Origin: Lama guanicoe
Taxonomy: Eukaryota
Length of the DNA: 64,000 nucleotides
Direction: 5' to 3'
NCBI GenBank assembly: GCA_013239625.1
Contig: MU053810.1
Span: forward strand, 5,986,122-6,050,121
The notes beneath the pieces are model-generated. The model was not told where the DNA came from and ran no database searches. It worked only from the letters and a program-made list of their open reading frames with translations. Below are positions 53,301 through 64,000 of this stretch, in pieces (the first letter of the stretch is position 1; each line of letters opens with the position of its first letter). The translations under genes and the position numbers were made by a program.

Positions 53301-56194
53301 TCACCATTCCTTTGTGTTTAGTTCCTCTGTGTTATAAGTGCTCTTGGAACTTCTTAAATTGGACTGTTTCATCGGTTTCTGAGTGGAAGTCTGGCTAATA
53401 GAGCCCTCCGTGTGTTGGTTCTGATACTGCTCTTCCCCTCCCCCCCCAGGAGGCTCGGTTGGTGAGGTTCTAAAGCGCCCTCTTTCCACTTGAGACAGCA
53501 CTGCTTTTGTTTACTGAGATTCTGTGTAAGAGTTGACTTGAAATTAGGATTGAACAGCAAAAACGTTTGAAAATCAGTGCCGGCAAGGAAAAATATCTTA
53601 AAATCTTTTCAACAGCACTTAAGGCTCTTTAATGGCCTGGCACCTGCTTTTATTTTTAGCCTTACCTCTTACTTCTAACCCATCCTGGACTTCTAAGTTC
53701 CAGGAAGGATATATCTCTCTGCATGTCAGTGTCCTGGCTCACATTATTACAGGCATGTTTCACCTGGCTAACTCCCACCCTAAATTTTATAAAATTCTAT
53801 TAAAAGGTGGGTTTTCCCTAATGCTCCTTTCTGTCCTGCCTCCTACCTGCGCACATATTATTCGAATTCTCTTTTTTATAGCATCCTATACTTTGCTTTC
53901 ATAGCATTTGTTATTAGAATGACATAATTTGTCCTATACAGTGTCTGCCCTCCGTAGGGTTCTGCTGTGATCATTGCTGTAGTCCTGCTACCTGGCGTGT
54001 GTGCACCCATTTATTCAGCAAGTAAAAGGGAAGGGAGTTACAGTGGAAGGTCACAGAATCTCTTCAGAGAAGCTCATTGCAGAGACTTCAGAGCCATTAG
54101 AATTGGTCAGTTTTGAATGGGGCCGTCCTCTTTTAATTTCAGTTGATAAAAAAAAAATCACTGTAGTTTTTTTTTTTTTTTAGAGAAATCTTATTTGGTT
54201 GTGGTCCTCTAGATTAATGGAACAATGATCGCTAAATTACTAGCTCATTGATTACTGAATCAGTGAGCTTAAAAAAAGTCTGATTCTCATTTTTATGACT
54301 AAGTAGTAAAGATGACTTTAAGTATTTTTTGGGGGGTAGTTTTTTTTTAAACTCATGGAAAAATTGCAAGTACAGGACAGAGAACTTTTTTGTTTTGAAC
54401 CGTTTGAGAATAACTTGCTGTTCCAGTGCCGTTTCACCCCCAAATACTTTGGTGTGTATTTTCTAGACACAAGTACATGCTACTGTGTAACTATGATGTG
54501 ATCAAAATCAGGTACTTAACACTAAGACATTGCTGCCGTTAATTGTCAAATTCTACTTAAACCTGCCCATTGTTCAGCAGCTTTATAGGAAAAGGATACA
54601 GTTCAGAGCATTTAGTTATCCTGTCTCCTTAGTCTTCTTCCGTCTGGGACAGTTCCTCAGTCTTTGCTTGGTTTTACCTAACCTTGATACTTTTGAAAAT
54701 TATAGGCCAGTTAATTTGTCGAATGTCTGTCAGTATGAGTATGTTTAATGTTCCTTCATGATTGGATTCATGTGTTAAATTAAAGATGACTTTGGAGGCA
54801 ATAGCTTCCTGTTTAAAAACTACTATCATTGTCTTAATTTTTTAAAGAAACTTTTTTGTTGTTTACTTTAAGTCTTTTCCTAAGTGTTTCTAATGTTAGG
54901 GCTTGTAAATCCATAATAACCTTTAAAGATAGGGGAAACCTGTAAAGAGCCTGGCATGTACATCAAGGCATAACATCCCTAAAAATATTTTTGTTAGAGA
55001 TCCAGCAGAATTGACTGTGATAGGAATTTTTTATTTTGGCTAATCAGGAATAATTTATTTTGCTACATTTTGTCATTAAGATCATTGCAGATTTAAAAAT
55101 TCTTTGGCTTCTGAATTGCATTGGTGCTTGAGAACTTCTGAGACATAAATACACATATTTAATTATGGCAAAACTTATTTCTAAAATTAAGGCAAGACTT
55201 ATTTCTAAAATAACCCTCTTGGTTAAAAACAAATTACACACTTTAGCTCTCAGTTTTAGCTCTGAAATAATTTGAAAATCCAAATGAAGCAGTAAGAATC
55301 GCTGTTCTAAGCCTATTTTTAGTTATTTTTCCTTTTAGCTGGTTTCCTTTCTAGCCACCTGCAGTTTTATGCACAGTTGCATGTGTTCATTTTTTCTAAA
55401 ACTGTCCCCCTACCAAGCTTGGCATGAAAGTGGCTTCTCTAATGTTTTTGATTTGTTCTTTTCGAAGAGCAAAGTATAAATTATAAAACCTTCATTGAGT
55501 AAATTCATGTAAAGATACTTTGATAAAACACAGCATTATTACAGAATACAGTGCTCTTCTGGCTTTAGGGTTTTTAAAAAAATAAGTTTATTTTGTCTTG
55601 ATATTATTAATACACTACCTATTAATATATAGAATATATCTTTTTCATTCTTTTACTTTCAGCTTCTTCCTTTTTTTTTTTTAAAGATTTGTCTCTTCTA
55701 AGAATAGCTGGATTTAAAAAAATTCAGTGTGATATTTCTTTTAACTGGGGCATTTATTGCATTTCACTTAATGTAGTTATTGATTTATTTGGATTCAGAT
55801 GACCCACCATTATTTTGTATTTGGTATTCATGTCATCTATTCTGTTTTTTCTCCCTCCCTCCCAGTCTTTGGAAGCCTTACTGTCTATGTGTGCACGCAT
55901 ATGTGTGAGCATTTGTGTGTGTATGTGGCCTCTTGCTTATGGTGAATTATTTCCTTATGTGTTTTATAAATCTCGATTGTGAGCTCATGTTAAGAGCTCA
56001 TCTTTTCTCTCTGCAGTTTAAGGGTAATCCCATTGATGAGATAAATTGAAGATATATTTCTAGACAGTTTCGTTCTGCCGAGTGTTCTAGGGATACTGTC
56101 AATCCAGGACTGTTTAGAGTTGTACCTGAAAACTTCATGAGAACATGTTATACTTTCTTGGACAGTAATTGCCTGCCCTCCCACCCTGGTGGGT

Positions 56195-56195
<1 letters not shown>

Positions 56196-56229
<34 letters not shown>

Positions 56230-56256
56230 GTGTGTGTGTGTTATGTGTGTTATGTG
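56196..56256 (+). repeat. (GT)n microsatellite with TTA interruptions
   Basis: Direct observation. Confidence 0.95.
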
Positions 56257-56672
56257 TTTCCTAGAGCTGCTGTGACAAATTACTTCAAACTGAATGGCTT
56301 AAAGTAACACAACTTTATTATATTATAGTTTTGAAGCTTAGAATTATGAGGTGAGTTCACTGGGGCCAAAACTGAGATGTGGGCAGAATTGTGTTCCTTC
56401 TGGACGTTCTATGGGAGAGTCTGATTTCTTACCTTACTTTAGCTTCTAGAGGCCTCCTGCATTTCTTAGCTGGTGGCCTCTTCCTCCATCTTCGAGCCAG
56501 AAATGGCCAGTTGTGTCTTTTCCACACTGCATCACCTGATCTGCACCAACTGTCTTGCCTCCCTCTTTCCCTTTTAAAGGACTCTTGTGATCACATGAGT
56601 CAGTAATCCTGGATAATCTTCCTTTGTCAAGATCCTTTGTTTAATCACATCTGCAAAAAGTTCCTTTTGCCA
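56250..56672 (-). mobile_element. MLT1C/D-like MaLR LTR
   Basis: tttcctagagctgctgtgacaaattac...ggcttaaa...tttatt...gcttctagaggcc...ttaatcacatctgcaaa...cttttgccat. Confidence 0.8.
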
Positions 56673-58728
56673 TTTCAGTTCTGCCTTCTCACCCTTCAGC
56701 AAGCCCAGGCCTTAACACTTTGTTTCCATTTGGCATAAAAGTCTGAGCCAGTGTGTTAGTGGCAGCCAGCCCCTATAGAGATGCTTCTAACGTGTGTTCT
56801 GCTCTGAGTTTTAATTCTCTCGTCTCCTTACTCTTACTGGATTATCTTTGCTCTATTTGATACTGGACTATGAATTTTAAAAATGCAGTGTCACAGTCTG
56901 TCAAGCATGTTTAGGCAGTTTATAGTGGGAGAGTTTTCAGATTATCTAATCTGCCATATTGCCTCAATTGGTATTCCTTATATTAGTAAGATATTACTGA
57001 GTTTTGATAAGATATAAAGTCTTATACTTATCTTTTAGTTTAGGATGCTTTTAATTTAGCTTCAAAAAACCCTCAAAACCTCAGTGAATTTCATCCTTGC
57101 ACGAGCTTGTCATTTAACTGTGATTGAAGTTAGTTTCTCTATTTGAGCGCTCTGTTTTACTCTTATCAACAAACTGTATCTTTTTTCTTTAATCGGACCC
57201 AGCCTGTCCTGGGTTACTCTTGATTCTGCTACTTAACCAGACCAAGAATCTCTCTTACCACATCTTGTCACCTTTCTTGACTGTCTGGCAGGCGCTTCTC
57301 TTTCATTAAAAAACTTTATTTTGTATTTTTCTGTCTCATTTGAGCTTAAAGGCGTGTAAGTGTTATTCTCTGCCCAGCTGTTACCATTGGGCTTTATTTC
57401 ACAATTTCCTCCCTGCCCCCAACAATACGTGAATGTGGTTACAAGCCAGTCAGGTGCGACCTAAGGGATTATAGTGAAAAGTTTAAGTACCGTGTCACCC
57501 CTTTCTGTACCCAGGCTTGCTCTCTAGAGCACTTACGTAGGAAGGACTGTATATCAGGCTCTTTACCCTTGTGAACATGTATAAATTAATTCATCCTCAT
57601 AACAACCCCATCTCACAGATGAAGAGACTGATACACAAAGAGACTATGTGACTTAAGGTTAGGATCATAGAGCTGTTAAATGGCATTATTTGAACCAGGA
57701 AGTATGGTTTTAGAATCTGCTTGTTATCACTGTGCCGTACTGCCCTTAGTTTTAGACTGAAAATTATTTTCCATCAGTCTTGTAAAGGCAATAGTCCATT
57801 CTTTCTAGCTTCCAGTGTTGTCATTGAGATGTCTGATGGGCTTCTGATTCTAGAGCCTTTGTATGTAACTTGTCTTTTCTCTCTGGAAACCTTTGGAGTA
57901 CTTATTCTCTTTAGCTGCGGTGTTTTGGAATTTCATAGGGTTATAAGCTTGTACTGGTCTTTCAAAAGTACTTTATGCTGGCACTTGGTGGGCCCTCTCA
58001 ATCTGGGGATATGCTATGTTTTTGGGATCTAGTGTTGTTTCTTTGATGATTTCTTTCTCCTTGTATTCTCTGTTCTTTTTTGTTTTTTTCATTTTATTCA
58101 GATATTAGACCTTTTGAATCAAAATTTTAGTACTGTTTTTCCTTTCCTGTTTCTACATCTTTGGGAGACTTCCTCAACTATAAATTCCAGTATATCAGTT
58201 GTTTATATTGTTAACTTTTACCATTTTTTTCATTTTCAAGAATTTTCATGTCCTTTTTCACAAGTTGAATTCTTACTTAATAATGAATTATCTTTTAACT
58301 CTTATGATAATATAAACCCTTTATTTAAAAAAAGTATTCCTCTAGTCTGCAAAAATTTTTTTCAGGCTCTTTTTTTCTATTTTATTTGTTTTAGTGCCCT
58401 CCCCCTCCAGCATACTGTTGTCTCAAAAGTCTGATGATCCTTGACTGTTTGCTTCTATTTAAGAATGAGGAACTAAAATGCTTAAGTAGAAAGCTTGGTG
58501 GGGTGATTGGGCTTTGACCAGAGACCCCCAAATCTTCAATATTTAGAAGTCTTGTGCCATTTTGTTTCTGCAGTGAAGAATTTTTCTAATTTATTTCATC
58601 AGAGTTGCATTCATGAGGGAAATTTGGAGAACATGGTGAGTGGGGAACTCGACTGTTCAGTACATAGACACTTAATTCTTCAGCTTTTAGCTTTATTCCT
58701 CACTTTTTTAAAAAGAAAACAATTTTAA

Positions 58729-58875
58729 GGGGGAGGATACAGCTCAAGTGGTAAAGCACATGCTTATCATGCATGAGGTCCTGGATTCAACCCCCAGTAC
58801 CTCTATTAAAAAAAAAAAGAATAAAAATAAATAAAGTTAATTACCTCTCCCCCTCAAAAAACTAAAAAAAAAAAA
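58729..58875 (+). mobile_element. Vic-1-like SINE
   Basis: gggggaggatacagctcaagtggtaaagcacatgcttatcatgcatgaggtcctggattcaacccccagtacctc...ttacctctccccc plus A tail. Confidence 0.88.
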
Positions 58876-58914
58876 TTAGAAGTTATAAATAAATACAATT
58901 TTTAAAAAAAAGCA

Positions 58915-59650
58915 GTTTTATTGAGACATAATTCACATACCATACAATTTACCAGCTTAAAGTGTACAATTTGGTGGCCTTTGCTACAGTCAGAGTTGTA
59001 GATCCATCACCACAGCAATTTTAGAATATTGTCATTACCCGAAAAAGGAACCTCTTACATTCCTTACTTATCATAGGCTCCCCAATCCCTGCATCCTCTC
59101 TCTACCCAGCCCTCAGCAACTAGTAATTTACTTTTTAGCCCTGTAGATTTGTCTATTCTGGATATTGCATATAAACGGAATCACGTCCTTTGTGATGGCT
59201 TCTTTCACTTAGCATGATGTTTTAAAAGCTCATGCATATTGTAGCATGTGTCAGTGCTCATTCATTTTTCTTGCCAAATAATACTCTATTTTATGGAAAT
59301 ACTACATTTATCCATTTATTAGTTAATGGACATTTGGATTGTTCCCGCCTTTTGACTATTAGGGATAATGCTGTGAACACTTGTGTACAAGTTTCTGTGT
59401 GGACATATGTTTTCAGTTATTTATGATTATATACCTAGGAGTGGAATTGCTGGATCCTGTGGTAAATCTGCGTTTAACCATAATAGGACCTGCCACCTGT
59501 TCTCCAAAGTGGCTGCACCATGTTACATTCCCACCAGCAGTGTATCAGGGTTTCAGTTTCTCTACATCCTCACAAATGCTGTTCTACCCCCACCCTTGTT
59601 TTTAGTAGCCATTCTAGTGGATCTCAAGGTAGCTCATTGTGGTTTTGATT
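58915..59650 (-). mobile_element. L1MB-like 3' fragment
   Basis: ttttattgagacataattcacataccatacaatt...cctaggagtggaattgctggatc...ttacattcccaccagcagtgtat. Confidence 0.8.
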
Positions 59651-60369
59651 CTGTTCCTCACTTTTGTAGTCTAAAGAACCCGTTGCTTCCAAATTCTGAG
59701 CCTCTCAAGGGTTATTTTTTTCTTCTCGAATAAATTGCCTTGCTGTCTGCAGGTGTTTTGGGTTCTAGCTTCTTCTCTTGTTCTGTTCACTTAGTTCCTT
59801 TGCCTCTGATTCCTTTCTAGTATCCAGCAGTTTATTGAAAGTTTTTGTCCACCTATTTTCTCCTGTTATTTCTCTTAATCATTCAGGGGAGGAAAAAAAA
59901 TACATATATATAAAAATTGATTCTTTGGCAGCCATTTTGGTGAAGTGTCAGGAGGGAGAGACAGTGTGTAATCCATCCTCTAAATTTAATCTCTTCATTT
60001 AATTTATCAACTTGTGCCTTTAAATATCCTTTCTGTATAAATGTGCCGAAATGTGGTCACTACTTGTAGGACCAGAAATACTCCTGTGATGAACATGTAA
60101 GGAATGAGGCTCCAAAAGGGTTAATATAATAAGTACAGTCCAAATCCTTTTAAAGTGTTGGATTTGACTCTTTTCTGATAATACTGATCTTCACTCCTTG
60201 TTATATGTTTAATACAGATAGCTACAGCATCTTAAGTGAAATAAGTAACAATTCTTAATGTCTAAGATTGCTTCTAAGATTTGTGTTTATTAGTAGCTAT
60301 AGCTTTAACTGGTTTAATATCATCTAGTAAGTTTAACACTTGAATGTGGGTTGGAGAACAGAGAATAAC

Positions 60370-60630
60370 AATTATAATAATAGAAGCTGACATTTATTTA
60401 GTTCTTTCCACATGCCAGACACTGTTGAAAAATGCTTTGTAGATATAAGCTCATTTAATCCTCATGTTAGCTCTGTGAGATTGATAAAATTCTCATCTGT
60501 CTGGTAAGAAAACAGGGCGTAGAGTAGTTAAGTAACTTACCCAAGGGTACACAGTTAGTAAATGGTAGAGTCTACTTCTAAATCTATGCAGTGTGGTTCC
60601 TGAGTATGCTTTTGAAGTCATTAGACTCTA
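60370..60630 (-). mobile_element. MIR
   Basis: catgccagacactgtt...ctcatttaatcctca...gttaagtaacttacccaagggtacacagttagtaaatggtagag. Confidence 0.7.
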
Positions 60631-61636
60631 ATGCCTGACATTTCTACAGAATTTTAAATATATGAATCTCTTTTAAGAAGGGAGGACACTCGTGAAATAC
60701 TAAAACAAATGTTAATGCTTAGGTAAGGAGTAGTAGGCTGGGAAATAAGTACAAATTCATGACCTGATATGTAGATGATAAAAGTGTGATCTAATGTTGT
60801 CTTTCAAGTTCATATCTACTTTAGATCCTAGTTTGGATCAAAAATGATTGTCACTAAATTAAGCACATAAAAAATTGTTCTTTGAGGTGGATACATAATT
60901 ACCATGTGAAGTGTTCTACAGTGTGCAATTATATTCCTAAGCAGGAGGTGAGAAGACAGAAAAATGTCATTGGGTTTTACAAAAAAATTGAGTGTGGGCC
61001 TAAGTGTTAGTGACAGTTTTTCCCAGGATAAAGTATTTCGGAATAATCCTGATCCAAGTGTTTTATATTATGTTTTCCCACCAGAGTCTTATTTTGTAGC
61101 TCATCTTTTCTAAATAGATCTATTTTATAGTGTGCATATATAGGTCATTCTGAATCAAGTTCACTTCGCAGTTGATTGGGACCTTGTTTCAAGCTTATTG
61201 AACAAAGCTCTGTAACACAGAATTTTGGGCATAGGGCCATTTCCAGAGTCTGGTCCAAATAAGCAGTAACAGACAAAGATTGTCTCTCTCTTGGCTGAAG
61301 GCTCTCTGTGTGTGGCTTGTCTCAGGACTCCTTAACACTTTTTCTACCCCTTTTATACTCCTCTCCTTTTTGTATTCAGGGCAAAAGTGTTTTGGTTTTT
61401 ATTCTGTAGTTACTCTTCAGCAAGCATTTATTGTGCCTTTACTTACATTACAAAGTTCTTTTCTTGAAACCTATAATGGCTTCCCTGTATTGGCACTGGC
61501 AGTTGTGAGGGTAATAGGCCTTCCGATACAATATTGTAGAAAATATGAGAAATATTAAGTAGTTTTGCTGTGTCATACTTCTTTCCCACCTGTCCTTCTG
61601 TCTTTTGATAATTAGAAAGGATTTTTTTCCTGGAGG

Positions 61637-61637
<1 letters not shown>

Positions 61638-61667
<30 letters not shown>

Positions 61668-61676
61668 TGTATGTAT
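61638..61676 (+). repeat. (ATGT)n tetranucleotide microsatellite
   Basis: About 9 perfect units. Confidence 0.95.
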
Positions 61677-63346
61677 TTATTTTTTGGAGGGTATTTAAAA
61701 GAAGCATATTTTTTAAACCCCCACAACCCATCCACAACTTCCAAAAGTGGTAAGAGAAAGAGTATAATTAAAATAACATATTTCTATTCAATAATTTTAA
61801 GTAATCATATTTGAAAGGGTAATTTAAAAATCTTGTCTAGTTGTGAAATTTATCTTTTTATTTCAACATTCATTTTGGAAAATAATGTTTTTCTAAATCA
61901 AATCACTTTGGCTGTGTTTTAATTGTTCTTTCCTTTGAACCTTTCCACACAATTTATTTTACCTGCTCAATTCCTAGTCTGCTCATATTATAAAGGGCCC
62001 ACTTGACCCTTTAGAAAGAAATTGTCGTTTGGTTTCCCAATTTATTTAGTCTTTCTTTAATAACTCTTAAGAGTAGAGTTCAACTTACTTTTATTCATGC
62101 TATTTAAAGTTTCCTCTGATCTCTAGATGGGTATTGTATTTTCATGCCTCTTTGCCTTTGCTTACAGTGTTGTTTTTGCGTGGATTTTCCTCTCTGCACC
62201 CCCTCCCTGTGTACTGTCTTCTCTTTGGCTGCCACGTACAGCTGGCTAACGTGGTAGGTTTCTTTTACGGAGTCTTCTGATGGTGCTCCAGGAATATTAG
62301 TCATTTTTTTCCTCTCGTGCTCTATTTGTGCTTTGTGTGCAATTAAAGACTTTTAAATAATTATAGTTAATAACATTCAAAAGAATAAATGCAATGTACA
62401 TTATAAAATTTATAATAAAATAAACATCTAGGACTCTGCCACCAAAGTTAACTAGAAAATGGTCAGTTCTGTTTCTTCTGCCTATGTGTTTCAATCCATA
62501 CTCCCAAGGGTATGTTTCTTATTTCCTTGCCCCTTTAAAAAGTTTATCACATATATGTGAACCCTTAAATAATTATTAATTTTGTGTTTAATAAAAATAG
62601 ATTGAGGCTGTATGTAGTCTGGCATGGCCTGCTTTTTTAAATTCAGTATTATGTTTCTACTGTTTATCTGTATTTCATACGTAGTTCATTCGTAGTAGTT
62701 CATTCTCATTAATGCAATATTTTAAGAATAAATGTGCCACTTATTTGTATTTACACTTAATGTGTCTGGAATTGTTCTTTTCCTTATAGTGTGAGAGAGA
62801 GATTCATTCTCAGTATTTCTTTCTGTATGGCAAGCTATTTGCCCTGTTTAAATAATGCATTCTTTCCCCCTGTGCAATCACTGTAAGGTAACAAGTTTCC
62901 TTGTTATGAGTATGAATTTATTTCTGAGTTTTATCTTCATTTGAATTGGTCCATTTATTTAACCCTATTTAAGAACCCTGCTGTCTTAATAATAATAAAC
63001 TAAGCAGGCAAGTTCCCCTTTCCACCCCCCCATCTATTAAGAACCATGTCTCGGTCATTCTTTCCCCTTTGCCCTTCCATTCCATGAAAAACCCAGTTAC
63101 GGTTTTTATTGAGAGGCACTGAAGCTTTAGATCAGTTTGGGGAGATTTGGCATCAGTGCAGCATTGGCTGGGAGTAGGGGAATGAGAGGTGTATCTGGCT
63201 GTGAGTAGATAGGGTGTGTTACACCTGGCTTTGTAGACCACACAGTTTTTTTTTTTCAGGTTAATCTGGTAAACCCTTATTTCACAAACCCTCATTTCAC
63301 AATTTCCATATTTATTCCCTTATAACTACACAGGGAGAAAGTTTCT

Positions 63347-63589
63347 TTGGGTTTTATTCAGGGTGTTTTGATTATTTGGGGGATAGAATATTTCTATTGA
63401 TCATTTTATGTTCCCCGTTGTTGTTATTCTCTGTCACAACTCTTTATATTATTCATACTTGTCATAGTATTGGGTTTTATTCAGGGTGTTTTGATTATTT
63501 GGGGGGTAGAATATTTCTATTGATCATTTTATGTTCCCGTTGTTGTTATTCTCTGTCACAAGTCTATATTATTCATACTTGTCATAGTA
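63347..63589 (+). repeat. Tandem duplication, two units of 123 and 120 bp
   Basis: ttgggttttattcagggtgttttgattatttgggg...attcatacttgtcatagta occurs at 63347-63469 and 63470-63589. Confidence 0.95.
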
Positions 63590-64000
63590 AGTCAGGAGAG
63601 CTTCCTAGTCGTGTTATATTAGCTCTAGGTTGTGCCTTTCAAATTCCAGGGTCTCGTTTACTTTGTGTTAGGCTTCTGCAGCTATGTCCTTGTTACCAGC
63701 TCATCGCAGTGCAGTTTCACTTCATGTGCAGAAAGTGCAATATAAAATATTAATAAAATTCAAAAAATTATTTTTGTAGAAGTTTGCCTTTTTTTTCTTT
63801 TTTAGTTTTATTAGGTAACATTAGTTTAACTCTACATAGATAATATATTACATGTAAATACATGTATACAATATACTGCACATTTTTTTTTTTAGTTTAC
63901 ATATATGTACTGATCATTGTTTCTAAGAACAGATTAGAGGTTTAGCTTTTTAAACTTGCGGCTGATAGTTACCAAAGAAATAGATAACCGCAAAATAAGA

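Noticed and set aside
63376..63753. 125-aa ORF with an internal repeat
   Set aside because: Product of the 120-bp tandem duplication; non-ATG start and no ABI1 similarity.

Overview
Mammalian genomic DNA, most likely a camelid given about 12 copies of a Vic-1-like tRNA-derived SINE. The window holds the 5' part of ABI1 (Abl interactor 1) on the + strand: a CpG-island promoter (~2050-3000), coding exon 1 (2503-2619), a 38.3-kb intron 1, coding exon 2 (40923-41090) and the first ~23 kb of intron 2. Exon 3 was not found. The rest is intronic or upstream DNA dense in transposable elements: nested L1s, L2, MIR, hAT-Charlie/MER elements, MaLR and ERV1-type solo LTRs, and a decayed ERV-L pol plus LTR. 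I found no convincing novel multi-gene system. The best leads are an out-of-frame uORF overlapping the ABI1 start codon, a candidate recursive-splicing (AG|GTAAG) site behind a ~160-nt AG-free pyrimidine-rich zone, and several datable nested insertions. Repeat subfamily names come from recalled consensus sequences, not from a search, and repeat boundaries without TSDs are approximate.
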